Shown here piece after piece: positions 26,585 through 39,239 of a DNA stretch of 64,000 nucleotides. Positions within the stretch are counted from its first letter, which is position 1. Every line of letters starts with the position of its first letter. The notes beneath the pieces were generated by a model. The model searched no databases, was not told the origin of the DNA, and saw only the letters and a list, made by a program, of their open reading frames with translations. Source of the DNA: Antedon mediterranea (Eukaryota; Animalia; Echinodermata); contig NC_092673.1 in assembly GCF_964355755.1 (NCBI RefSeq), forward strand, positions 16,340,948 through 16,404,947, written 5' to 3'. The translations under genes were made by a program, and so were the position numbers.

Positions 26585-26726
26585 ATTATCCTTGCTGAAT
26601 ACCTATGGTGTGAAAGACCATCAACAAAATTTTATTTAGAAAGAGTTAATTCATCAACAAATGATCTAAGGGCAACCTTATCACTAAAACAAGATTCAAA
26701 TGATATTCCTGAAGTGGAAGTGGATT
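26585..26726 (+). CDS. UPA-like C-terminal exon, IILAEYLWCERPSTKFYLERVNSSTNDLRATLSLKQDSNDIPEVEVD (phase 0-1)
   Basis: ttttttcctag|ATT ... GAT T|gtaagt; 142 nt, open. Confidence 0.8.
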
Positions 26727-26886
26727 GTAAGTATTTAAATGTTGTATAATTTAAGTAGTAAATTAAATCTATATATAAATAACACATTTATAATTCATAA
26801 AGATAGCAATTAAATCTCTAATCTTGTAACCACAAAGAATCTATTGTTTATCTATTATAAATAATTATATGTCTTATTTGTTACAG

Positions 26887-26910
26887 GTGATATCAGGTCT
26901 TCAATCGCAA
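26887..26910 (+). CDS. 24-nt micro-exon (phase 1-1)
   Basis: tttgttacag|GT GAT ATC AGG TCT TCA ATC GCA A|gtatgt. Confidence 0.6.
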
Positions 26911-27515
26911 GTATGTCATATTTATTATGTTGATTTTCAGTAGTAAACTGTAGCATTTACTTTTGTTTCTATGAACCCTTTTAATAAAGTGTCTATTTAT
27001 AATTTCTTTATGAAAACGGTATTTGTACAGAAGAGCCACTATTAAAGAGACACTTTTGTTTCCTTAATAGGGGTGTCCTCTTATTAGGCAGTGGTGGCAC
27101 CCGAGAGGCATCGGTTGACCAGATGGGGAGAAAAATGTTTTTCCTAATAGAGTATTGTTTTTACCCTATTGAGTGTGCCCAATCAAGGACTAAAACTAAC
27201 CTTACTGTAAAGTATAATATCGCCGTGATGGCCCAGCCAATGAATGCTAGCTTCGCACCTATGACCCACCATACCCTCCTCTGGGCGTTTGGCAAATCCT
27301 GGCACCACCACTAATAAGGGATTTCTTTTATATTATGGTATCATAAAGTAGGGGGTCTACTATATCAATGAATATTGAGTTGTTGAAAAGCATTATTGTT
27401 TTAGTAGAAATTCTATTTAACATGTGGTCTTGGCCTGTCATAATATGTTTCTTAATTACAACAAAATATGTGTTTTTTCTATTGAAACATTTATTGTATA
27501 CTGTATTTGTTACAG

Positions 27516-27545
27516 GAAATGTTGAACCACCCGTAACCAACCCAG
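27516..27545 (+). CDS. 30-nt micro-exon NVEPPVTNP (phase 1-1)
   Basis: tttgttacag|GA AAT ... CCA G|gtataa. Confidence 0.6.
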
Positions 27546-27984
27546 GTATAATATATTTATCATTCCAATTAAGTTAATTTAGCATTCAATTTGTATGATA
27601 CAAATACAAAATCATACAGTACCATCCTGAAAACATTTGTACTTAACTCGTAGTATCCATGGAAAAAAAATGTTGTTCCGTTAGTGGTTCATGAACTATT
27701 TAGCAGTTAATTCCTGGTAAAACTCGTACATCAATAAAAAAAAAGTGTAGAAACAATGCAAGGATTATTTAAATCGCTATACTCCTGCTTATTCATATAA
27801 ACATTTTCTGAGATGAGTTATCTTATACATTCATGTTTGGACAAAAATGGCAAAATTAAGCGAGATAATACACATATTATATCTGGTGGCAAGTCCACAC
27901 CTTCTATTGTTTTGCTCGGATGTAATTAAAAAAATTGAACTACAGTTTTAAAAACCAAAATGTTTACCATTTCTTTAAATAGTA

Positions 27985-28423
27985 CCGTAAATCTTCTAAT
28001 TGTAACCCTGGGTTATTATTCTTTGATTGTTTTTTATGGTGGGTTACTATTAGAAGAGAGGTTACTATTAGAGTAGTGGGTTACTATTACTAATCTTAAA
28101 TTAGGCACCTGAAAGTAGTAACCCACCCCAACTTTTCCGGTCAGCAAATCATAGCAAAATAATAAAACAGTACGAATAAACAAATTTGTTTGAACTCTAA
28201 CTTTATTTTATAAACTCAAAAACACTCTCCACACTCCCGAGATCAACATGCATTATCTCCTTATTTTCAAAATACTACTGCATCATAAACGACCAGTCTT
28301 CATAAATGTAATTTTGTCAATAGTTTTTGTGACTCTAATATTAACCCCCATGGGTTACTATTAGAGTAGTGGGTTATTATTATAGATTGACTTACAAGTG
28401 GGTTACTATTAGAAGATTTACGG
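27985..28423. mobile_element. Tc1/mariner (pogo/Tigger-like) MITE
   Basis: TA|CCGTAAATCTTCTAAT ... ATTAGAAGATTTACGG|TA; internal gggttactatta repeats. Confidence 0.8.
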
Positions 28424-28495
28424 TAATAGCTCAGATACATATATCTTGTATGTGTCAATAGGAATATAATACATTTTTCAACATTTTTTTTCCAG

Positions 28496-29020
28496 CAAAT
28501 TTCAATGTCTTGCAAGAAAAGTTCAGAAAGTTAAAACATGATCTTGGCTTAGTCTATGTTGGTGAAAGATACCTCTTGCCAAGATGTTGTCTCTTTGATG
28601 AAATAGATTTAGAGACCCTTGCTGATCCAAATTGCACAGCAAATGATCTATTTAACAACCTCCATGACAAAGATGACATCTCACCTGCTGATATTAATAT
28701 CTTGTCGGAGATTGCTGATTTGTCACAGCTTAAAGATGCTGAAAATCTTATAAATCTGTATGTGATAGAAAATAAGATTTCAAAAACCGATAAACATACA
28801 CTATCCACATATAGGAAACGATTATGTAAGGCATTGAAACAATTTGACCCAAATAAGTTAAAAGATGTAATTGCTTTCTATGGATTGAGGCCATTAAGAA
28901 ATAGCATAGAAACCATTTGGGATTTAGTGTTTCACTTGGAGAGCAATGGAAAATTAATAAATGAATCAGAAAGAAAGATTTTTGCTGATCTGCTTGGACC
29001 AATTGCAAAGAATATACTTG
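28496..29020 (+). CDS. Tandem death-effector-domain (DED-DED)-like exon (phase 1-1)
   Basis: ttttttccag|CA ... CTT G|gtatgt; 525 nt; DLFNNLHDKDDISPADINIL, LSTYRKRL and IWDLVFHLESNGKL match by eye the DED pattern of caspase-8/cFLIP prodomains. Confidence 0.8.
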
Positions 29021-29515
29021 GTATGTATGTTGTATATATATATATATATTATTACACCGGGCGGGTTGGAATTTATTTCTATGCCTGTTGTGTTTATATT
29101 ATTATTATATTATATATTTTTCAAGAATACAATTATGGCCCGTTTCTGCTGTGAAACAGAATCAGGACAAATTGCAAATAACCTTTTAAATGATGTTTTC
29201 AAAATAAGGGTTAATAACACCCAATTGGTTCTTTGTTAGAATGCCATTAGCCAATTTTTTCAAAATACTGTAGCATCTTGAACATTTGACTGCTTGAGCA
29301 TTTTTGGAAGCACAAACTTGCAGATATAAAGATATATATTTTCAAATAAACAGTTATTCAGTGTTATACAGCAGAAATAGGTATTACATGAACAATATGA
29401 TTGCCATACTTATTCAAATAAATGCCACCCCCTTCAATTTTTTCCTCAAATAAACGCCCCGTCACATGCATATACACACAATATTGAATTATAACTCATT
29501 TTTTTCTATTTTTAG

Positions 29516-29538
29516 CAGAATTCATTGACTTCCCATGA
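29516..29538 (+). CDS. Candidate short terminal exon (AEFIDFP-stop), NAGNAG acceptor
   Basis: Long pyrimidine tract ttttttctatttttagcag; in frame with the DED exon; aataaa at about 29648. Confidence 0.5.
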
Positions 29539-30214
29539 TCTACAATTGACCAAGCATTTTTATAGAATTCTTGATATTAATTGTGTTGTATTTTTTCATA
29601 TTTAGGGAGAATTAATTTGATTATACATGTTACCATATTACACCCCGAATAAATGCCTCTAAATCTTATTAAACTTCACAATTACATACTGATATTAGGA
29701 ACAGGAAGGAATTCATTTTTACCCCAACCCCCACCCATCCTGGCATCAAAGATATTGTATTCAAGATCCTACTTACTGTATAGTAATGCTGCATCAAGAT
29801 ATATTGTAATATTTCAACCACACCATTTGAAGTAAAAATATGTTTATTGTATAATAATTACAAGCTGATACCAATCGTACTATCTTTGACCTACCTGAAA
29901 CCTGAATATATAACATAAAGATAGGCAAGAATCGCCAAAAGTATTTTTCAATATATTGTGGTAAATCCCCATAAGACAGATATTCATAAACATAACTAAT
30001 ATGCATTTAATATATCACTGGCACTGGTATATTTTTATTCAATTTAAGAAATACATACAAATACAGTAGGCCTACATCTAAATATATAAAATCACTGAAT
30101 CATTAAATTTAGCAGCAGGAAAAAAAACTGGTGAACTGTTGGTCAGGTATGAATAAACAACTCAATTGTTTTCTCGCAATTTGTAATTCTTAATGATATT
30201 CATTGTTATTTCAG

Positions 30215-30245
30215 ATCCATACCAACAACAACACAACAACGACAG
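30215..30245 (+). CDS. Small exon DPYQQQHNND (phase 1-2)
   Basis: ttatttcag|AT ... GAC AG|gtatgc. Confidence 0.7.
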
Positions 30246-30598
30246 GTATGCAAGTGTTTTATTAATATTTTGTTTATGTAATGAAACAATGCTATTAATT
30301 AATAGTACTAATTAATTACTAATTGCTTTCAATCAGTGCGTTCACTCAGCATGATTTTGACAGTCACTACTGTAGTATTAATGACATTTGTAGTTATTTA
30401 TCGCAATTAGTAGTACTGATTAATGAGAAGAAGCTCATAAAATATCGTAAGTCATCAATATCATTAAAATGCTGCTGTTGACCTGCAATTTTATTTAAAA
30501 TCCAGAATCTGTCACTGTATATGTAACAAACTTAATTCAATAATTAATGCCTATATAAATAAGAGTTGTCATTATGTGTACAAATGTTCTTTTTACAG

Positions 30599-30633
30599 TA
30601 GCTTCATCAAAAGGATATATACATATTTGAAAG
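30599..30633 (+). CDS. Small exon SSFIKRIYTYLK (phase 2-1)
   Basis: ttctttttacag|T AGC ... AAA G|gtatta; phases match both neighbours. Confidence 0.7.
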
Positions 30634-30922
30634 GTATTACAATTTTTTTCTCTATTAAATCAAAGTGTTTTTTTTTTTCTATTGAAAGACTAAAAGAATA
30701 AAAAATATATTTTCTTCACCAATAAATAGCTAACAAATAGCTAACTATAGATGCTTTTGGTCCTCATTCCTTACAAAATAAAGCAATAAAATAAAATACC
30801 ATTTTAATAATGTAGATATTAACAAATCATAATGGAACTTGATATTCTTGAGATATCTTTTAAGTATTTAAAAATAAAAACAAAGTTGAATATTTATCAA
30901 AACATTTTTCTCTTGATTTCAG

Positions 30923-30996
30923 ATCACTGGTGGATGATTCCAGTTTGTATTATTTTAATTGCAGTCTTTGTAAAATTTGTATATGGACTAGTATAG
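30923..30996 (+). CDS. Terminal exon encoding a C-terminal transmembrane anchor, DHWWMIPVCIILIAVFVKFVYGLV-stop
   Basis: gatttcag|AT CAC TGG TGG ... GTA TAG; about 20 hydrophobic residues immediately before the stop. Confidence 0.75.
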
Positions 30997-31281
30997 CAAG
31001 AATTTTAAACTATAGTTTTGTACAATATTGCTTCACTGCACCTCCATCTCACTGGCACAAAATAAGAAAAAGAATTGTTATCAGAAACTGTAAACACCAC
31101 TATTAAAAATGTTAAAGAAACAATCATAAAATGTGGAAATTTCTCTCAAATCGATTTTATAAGAAAAAGAATAACAAATAATAATAAATAATTTTATTAT
31201 TATAATTATTTTTAAATCCAAATGTTGTTAGTAAGAAATATGTAAATTGCATTTGTTCTCCATTTGATGCAAATACTAATT

Positions 31282-31662
31282 GCAAGTATTTCACATCCAC
31301 TCAGAAGTTATTATGTTTATATATTTATGTGTACACACCACATCATTTGAAACATTATAATATGATAGAATAGTTTGTATTATATCAAGTATTTCACATC
31401 CACTCAGAGGTTATGTATGTTTATATATTTATGTGTACACACCACATCATTTGAAACATTATAATATGATAGAATAGTTTGTATTATATCAAGTATTTCA
31501 CATCCACTCAGAGGTTATGTATGTTTATATATTTATGTGTACACACCACATCATTTGAAACATTATAATATGATAGAATAGTTTTTATTATCAAGTATTT
31601 CACATCCACTCAGAGGTTATGTATGTTTATATATTTATGTGTACGCACCACATCATTTTAAA
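31282..31662. repeat. About 104-bp tandem repeat, about 3.6 copies (likely 3' UTR or just downstream)
   Basis: caagtatttcacatccactcag starts at about 31282, 31386, 31490, 31592. Confidence 0.9.
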
Positions 31663-32954
31663 CAGCATAGCATTACATAGCTCCATTCAATAACTTTTTA
31701 AAAATGAAAGTTGGCTAAAGATAAATCAATGGTTTTATTGGAGTACGAATGAAATAAATTTTAATCATCAGTGGAAAAAAAACGGACTAATCAAAGTTGT
31801 TAGGTAGATCGTTAATATAGAATAGGGGCCAAATCGTTAAATTACGTAAGGAGGAATTAGGACTTGCTGAGATTATATCTGTTGGACTGTATTTTTTAAG
31901 TAATCAGTAAACCAAATGAACAAGTTGATATAAACTACACTTTAAAAAAATTGTAAAAGAAAATATATTTAAACGTAGAACTGGGCCAAATCTCTAGTTA
32001 TTGTCTTTTCTATTCTGTAATCGTCGTTTGATTTTTGTCTTCCTTTGCTTTATATTTGTATTTTTGTATGCAGTGATGAATTCAAATGAATAAATAAAAT
32101 AATAATTGTCGGATTTCTTTAAATCAGACCATTTTTAAATTACTTTCATATATGCTGTTTATTTTTTTAAAATGTCATGGGAAGATATTTTTCAAATTAA
32201 GGTGATGCAAAATATTAATATAAAATAATAATGTAAACAAAATAATTTATTTGTGTATAAAAATACAATTTGCAATAAACTTGTTTCTATTTTTAATCAG
32301 TTGTATTTGTCATTGTGTGCATATGTTGTGGAGGTTTCCGGAAAAAAAAAATTAGCATGAAACAAATTCCCAAATGATGCTAAGATAACTTTTGATTATG
32401 ATAGTATTAATTCAAGTTTTATCTGACTGTGTATTCGGTTTACAAAGCAACCAATAATATCATAATTAGATGCAACTGATTTTCAGCGAGGCCGATTTCA
32501 TATGTCACCGTGTATTCTGCACATGAGTAGTTAATTAAAGAATTATTATACAAAAAAATGTATTTTTGATATAATTACATTATATAGGCCTTATAGTCAC
32601 TGTAGTATTTATTTTTTAGCATACCCTTGTAGCCCTTTAAAGTACTATGTTGTTTGAATGATGCGCCCTCTATAAAAAAGGATACCAATGCATGAAGATC
32701 GTATGTCAACAAAAACACATGTTAAACTGAACTTTTTTGTTGTTGCATAATATAATATAGGCCTATCCCCCCTCCCTAGCCTAGGCCTATTTTTTTTAAC
32801 GTAGGAAAATATCTTTAACAAAATGTTTAGCATTAGCATCACATTCTCACATTCATAACTGCAAACATGCCACCAAAAACTTCAGAAAAATTGACAGTAT
32901 ATATACTTTAAATTTGTTCGTAAATTTATGTTATGTAGCATTATACTGAACTCA

Positions 32955-35270
32955 TCTATATATAAATTTACGTAAATCGCGCGTTATTTCTAGAATGTTT
33001 ACTCGACGGTATATAAAGTTGGTTAGAATCTCGGTACTGATTTTAACCACCTGATGTAACCCTGTTTACTAATTAAATTGAGTTAGATAATTAGTTATTG
33101 ACAATTAAAACGAATTTAGATTCAACGATTTGCCCCAAATAGGGGTGTTTTCCGATCGTGGTATACACTGTCTAATGGATGTCCATCTTGGAAAATACCT
33201 GCACACAATAATATGAGGATGCTTCGAATTTTCCTATCTCCTCCTACGATAATTGTTTTTAATAGCTGAAAAACCGGTTGAACAGCTCGAGTACAGTATC
33301 ATAACAGGCCGATTTTCTTAACAAAATACTATTTTGATAGATTTAATATTCGTTTATACGAATGTATTGATTTGCGATGAATGGAACATTCCAATCTCTC
33401 AGACTCCCAGTTTGTTTGGTAAATTTATGAGCCCTTGGTTTAACACAAGTAGGTAAATTTATGGGCCCTTGGAGAATAAAACTTATATATACCTTTAAAC
33501 AAATGTATTGATTTGCGATGAATGGAACATTCCAATCTCTCAGACTCCCAGTTTGTACGTAAATTTATGAGCCATTGGTTTAACACAAGTAGGTAAATTT
33601 ATGGGCCCTTGGAGAATAAAACTTATATATAGTATTGCAATACTTTGACAATATTGTAAATACTGTACGTATTAACCATTTTTGTTCGCCATTATACAGA
33701 TATTGACTGCTTAGAGGTTAAATATAAGATTTGACATCCCCGAGGGAATGATATTAAGTTCGAGGGAATATATATTTCCCGAAGCGCCAGCTGAGGGAAA
33801 TATATATTCCCCGAGAACTTAATATCATTCCCGAGGGGATGTCAAATCTTATATTTAACCGATATAAAAGGCAATATCTGTTATATTATATAGCCAAGAA
33901 CAAGTCTGCTGGGTTGGGTGAAGATAGGCTAGCTACTGTAGGGCCTAGGCCTCCTTATTGTATTGTACTGCCTAGACACCTTACCTTGCGAAGAATAATA
34001 TACAGATAATTACTAATTAATGATTCCTTGGCAATAAAATATTCACTTAGGCCTAGGTCGTTTAAATTAACAGAAGAATTTCCATCAATAAGCCTATTAA
34101 TAATAATATTATAATCAGGTAGGCCGAATAAACAATTCGTCGTCTTCTCGATCTTCGAGGAGCCGAATCACCGGATGTTCAGCGCGTACTAGTTACTAGG
34201 TTACTACCGTGAGTATTGACCAATCATAAACGGTGTTTCATCACATTTAGGGTGGACTTATAACAAATGAGGGCGCTATGTATGCATAGCTTAAAAATAG
34301 TTTAGAAGATTAATTTCTTCAAGCAACTTCCATGGCCCAGCGGTTGAAGCGTTGTCTTGCGATGGAGTGACAATTCCACCCGAGTTCAAGATCGAGTAGA
34401 TGACTTTTGTTTATTTATCGGCAACGCGAGTGTTGGCACACGAAAATTACACAGTCAATATCATCGTACTCGAGAATCTATATGTTTAATGACAGGGGAC
34501 ACGATAATTACGCGAAAATTACACAGTCAATATCATCGTTCTCGAGAATATATACGATTTACGATCCTCGCAGCGGTAGTCATGTGATGCAGTTTCAACC
34601 AATCACGTTCGCGTATTTACATAGGCTATGTAATATTCTAAATTGTCTTACTGTGAATGTGGTTACTGTTAGATATATAAACAAAATATACAAAGAACAT
34701 TTATTACTGTGACTGTGGGTAGATTACTGACAGTTGCTTCTCAACGAGTTTGTATTAATTAATAATTATAAAAAATATAAACATCGTAGTGGTGTATCGT
34801 TATTCTTTACTCCATGCATGTACTTTACTATTTCAATCGACTATAACAGGGACAGTTTTAAAAAAGTATTATAAATTGTAAATGTTTTACTGTGTTTAGT
34901 GGTATATTATTGATAGGCCTATAAAACCTTTAAAACAATATTTCGTTACTGAGTGGATAGAGAATATATTTAAAAATTGTTCTTCCCATCCTCTTCCCCA
35001 TCCCTTAACTCTAATGTTATATACAAAACACAAATTGGGTTTGTTTAAATGAGTTCAAATAAAAAAATTGGACTCATTTTTAAGACAAGGCCTAATTCCC
35101 AGGGTGCTAATTTTACATAAATCATCGTGTCTATTTATTCGTTTCTGTAAACGACAATGTACTATAGTCCTGCGTTACGTACATTTTTTACGCTGAACTT
35201 ACTGTGTATTCGAGAACCATCTGTGGACACGACCTAGATGGTACGCGAGCGAAGCGAGCCTACCATCTAG
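32955..35270 (+). mobile_element. Non-autonomous Helitron copy carrying an internal insertion
   Basis: A|TC ... CTAG|T; colinear with 20822-22140; same terminal hairpin. Confidence 0.88.
33690..34636. mobile_element. Unclassified element with a long terminal palindrome, nested in the Helitron
   Basis: Absent from the 20822 copy; hairpin 33716-33860; second inverted pair tattatatagcc / ggctatgtaata. Confidence 0.65.
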
Positions 35271-35319
35271 TAATTATAATTATAACAATATTCCTGTAAA
35301 TTTAATTCTCACTCAGGGC

Positions 35320-35810
35320 TGCTTCTCAACGTTTGTAGTAATTAATAATTATAAAAAATATAAACGTCGTAGTAGTGTATCGTTACATGTACTTTACTAT
35401 TTCAATCGACTATAACACGGAAAGTTTTAAAAAAGCATTATAAATCGTAAATGTTTTACTGTGTTTAGTGGTATATTATTAATAGGCCTATAAAACATTT
35501 AAAACAATATTTCGTTACTGAGTGGATAGAGAATATATTTAAAAATTGTTCTTCCCATCCTCTTCCCCATCCCTCAACTCTAATGTTATATACAAAACAC
35601 AAATTGGGTTTGTTTAAATGAGTTCAGATAAAAAAAAATTTTTATTTTTATCATTTTTAAGACAAGGCCTAATTCCCAAGGTGCTAATTTTACATAAATC
35701 ATCATGTCTATTTATTCGTTTCTGTAAATGACAATGTACTATAGTCCTGGGGTACGTACATTTTTTAGGCTGAAATTACTGTGTATTCGAGAACCATCTG
35801 TGGGCACTAG
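35320..35810 (+). mobile_element. Duplicated Helitron 3' segment ending CTAG|T
   Basis: Repeats about 34736-35230 and ends gaaccatctgtgggcactag. Confidence 0.8.
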
Positions 35811-36036
35811 TTTATTATAATGTATCTTGATTTATATTACATTCTGTGATGAGCTGAATAGTTAAATAACATATTTATAGTTTTTTGTATTATATTGTTT
35901 TCAACAAATTTATAGTAGAAGGGAGAGAAAAACAAAAAAAACTGTAATATTAATCTTAACTCAAACTCATTTTGGTTGGAAACAATAATAATCATTGTTA
36001 AATTAATGACCAGTATTTTTATTTGCAGACAACACA

Positions 36037-36294
36037 ATGGCGTATTCTAAAACTGGGGATAGTTTCCAAAGTTTAAAAGCTGATCTTAGTAGGTACTTTA
36101 ACGGTGAAAAATACCGTTGGATAAGGTTCCTACTATTTGATCACTTGAGTGTCATTGAAATTACAAATCAAGATTTTAATGCAAATGACTTGCTCAATGA
36201 ACTTGAAGTCAAAGGTTTAAACTGGAAATTGAGGAAAAATTAGCAGATGATCCAAACAAAATTAAAAAGTTTGCAGGTTGTCTTGGAAAAAATC
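36037..36294 (+). pseudogene. Disrupted tandem-DED paralogue exon (internal deletion and frameshift)
   Basis: FQSLKADL..KYRWIRFLLFD..ANDLLNELEVKG aligns with the first half of the 28496 exon; a shifted frame then gives FKLEIEEKLADDPNKIKKFAGCLG, which aligns with its end. Confidence 0.7.
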
Positions 36295-37185
36295 AAACAA
36301 GGCCAACAGCCATTAAGTCACGTGCTACAATGCATAATGATACCGGACCAACCGACAGACAGACAGATCGACCGACCGACATAGTGAACTATAGTCGCGT
36401 CCACGCGACTAAAAAGGCATAATTTTGACGAATTTTTTAACTTTTTCATCAAAAACGTGCGCAAATTATCCAATTAGATGTGCTCGTATGACGTAATTTT
36501 AAGTCGAAATTGTTTAAAAGATGGTAAAATTATTAGAAAAGGCTGCAAAAACATAAATCACGCGAAAAAAGTATGTATTTAACGCTACGTGCGCACCACG
36601 CGCGTAAAAATTTGCGCGCGTATGGGAATTTTTGACATGCTTAAAATGACAAGAAACGCGTAGAAAGTTGATTAAAAATGAATTTTGCGCATTTTAAAAT
36701 TTTAAATGCGCGTGCGCGCGTAACTTTATGGCTTTGTGACTCATGGCAATTTTGTAAACGCTTAAAATTGCCTGAAACATACTCTTATTTCATCGAAAAT
36801 AAATTTTGAAAATTTTAAGCGCGCGTACGCATGCGTTACATGCGCTACGCACGTAATTGTATTGCCATATGATGATTTATGCCCTGAAATTTATGAGTAC
36901 CAAATTTTATTTAATTGTGATTCATGGTTGTGAAGATATGATTACAAACGTGATTTCGTTAAATCATGCGTAGACCGCGTAATTTTTTATTGCGCACCGT
37001 GAAAACATAACCACATCGATTCCTGGCCATAAGGAATATACTGTGAAAAATTGACTTATCTAGATTAAACTGATATCAATATAAGGTCAGAAAGCGATAA
37101 AACGCATAGTGATACCGGACCGACAGACAGACAGACCGACAGACCGACATAGTGAACTATAGAGTCGCTTCCACGCGACTAAAAA
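36295..37185. mobile_element. Helentron/DINE-like non-autonomous element(s)
   Basis: Two copies of a GACA/GACC microsatellite followed by hairpin agtcgc(g/t)tccacgcgact and an A-run (about 36340-36415 and 37115-37185). Confidence 0.6.
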
Positions 37186-37833
37186 CATACTACTTGGTAA
37201 TGGTATTTAATCTTCTTACAAAACTATTCCAAAGTTAATTGTAATGTAATTATTCATATCTTTCATTTATTTTAAAATTTTACATGATAGTATTTTAATT
37301 TAAATGATATCATTGTTGATACTATGCAAGTTGATAATGGAGTATTTTATTTATTAACTGATTATTTATAGGCGATAGTGGGAAGGATATTGCGTCATCA
37401 AGTCACCAATGTGAACAAAGTGAAGTTAATTATTCATAAAATAGTATAGAAAAACAAAAAGAATGATTATAATATTATGATTATTGTGATGATGATCAAC
37501 CAAATGATAATGACAATTGACAATAAAGATACTGTAAAAAATGTTGGATAATATGATACGATACGATAGTATTTATTGTCATTTTAACAAGGTAAAAATG
37601 AAATAAAAAAATAAATATATCGTCTTAATCATTTCAAATTAATTAATTAAATTTCAGAATATCACCGGGCGGTTTAGTTTTAATGTTCTGTTTATAATAA
37701 AACGTATTATAGATATAGATATTTGTATTTATGATGTTTGTTTAATCTACATTATTATTTTCTATTAAATTATCAAGTATACTACTGAATTCATTACCTA
37801 ATATTTGATACTTTGTTCTCTTCAACTGTGTAG

Positions 37834-38345
37834 CTCTCTCGAACGATGACTTTAAACAGTTGATTGCAGACTTTGCCAAATGGTTTGATGAACGGGGACT
37901 CCTTAACAGGCTAAAAGTTCTATTCATAGAAATAGTAGACGACATTAAAGAGTTGAAAAAGGTTACCAGTACAATTGATTTGTTAGCTCTTTTAATCAAT
38001 TCAGAGCTATTGAGTCGACAACGTCTTTCTGTCCTGTATGACACAATAAAAGTAACCGAACAATTTGACTTTCAGTCATCTATCACAAAAAAACTTTTTC
38101 CTTTCAGGAATATCAAGAAGTCTAAGGTAGTGTCACTACACACAGTAACTTTTTTTAATCTGGGAAAATCTCTTAGTGATCAAGATATAAAGGATCTTGA
38201 TAAACAATACAACTACCCTGTCCTTAAATATGCAGACAGCTGGAGTTTGATTTTGGATTTTGAAGCTCGAGGGTTGTTGGAGAAGACAGAATCAAATCAG
38301 TTAAGGTTTAAAAAAGATAAGAAAATAGAATTTTGGGAAGTTTAA
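37834..38345 (+). CDS. Second tandem-DED-like exon, terminal (may be part of the pseudogene)
   Basis: tgtgtag|CT phase-1 acceptor; open about 170 aa with LKVLF, IDLLALLINSELLS, FFNLGKSLSDQDIKDL, WSLILDFEARGLL. Confidence 0.65.
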
Positions 38346-38559
38346 TTTGTGATGTAATATTGCTTTAACTCTTGGTTTATGGAAGGCAACAAACAACTGG
38401 CAAAAACCACATTATAACAATGTCTTTATGGTCTATTTGAAATAACCCTTTTAAATTGAATTTTGAATAATTTCAACTGTATTATTACACCTTTGCGTCC
38501 TAAAACAATTGTCCCCTTTATAGAGGTTTTGGGGTGGGGGAAGGGGCTTGGGGGAAAAC

Positions 38560-38880
38560 CAATATACCAAAAACAATAATTTATCTGAACTCAAGAAATT
38601 GAGAGGGATTGAAAATTTAGCAGCCCACTTTTCACCAATTAAAAAGTCAAGTCAGAGAAAGTATCAGAATTTTTATAATAATTATTATATATATTATACA
38701 TTTTTTGATATAAATGAATAAGTATTTGGTTGTTTTTTTCAATGATATTTTGACATAAACTATCAATATTATTTTTCCATGAAAGAAATTTATCAAATTT
38801 TGCTTCAACAAGCAAGACTTCATCTAATTCATTGATTACATTCTCTCCAATATACAGAGATCCAATTTTGTTTTCTTCTG
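38560..38880 (-). mobile_element. Decayed LINE (CR1/L2-like) ORF2 3' remnant
   Basis: EAKF..DKFLSWKNNIDSLC resembles the post-RT KFLG..D..LSWK.HI..LC motif. Confidence 0.4.
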
Positions 38881-39239
38881 TTTTGAAAAATAATCCAAAG
38901 TCGAAATCCACTCGCCATTCTCCTCTTTATAAAAAACAATTTGTAAAAAAAATGTATTTATTTTCCCCTCAAGGAATTCAGCCTTTGTCTAATGAAACAA
39001 CATTGATTTCAAGATTTTTGTAAAATACAGTCAACTTTCATAAAACAGAACTTTCCAAATTCTATTATTGATTTTATAAAAAGAATAAAAAGAAAATTAT
39101 ACTTTTTAGTTTGCCTCAAGGAAATTGTGTAATTGACCAAAAAAGGACCAAAGAAAAAAGAAATCATTAAATGAAATAAAGTAGGTAATGCAATGCCAGT
39201 ATTATGTATGTTAATAATATATCATGTTTGTTTAGCTTG

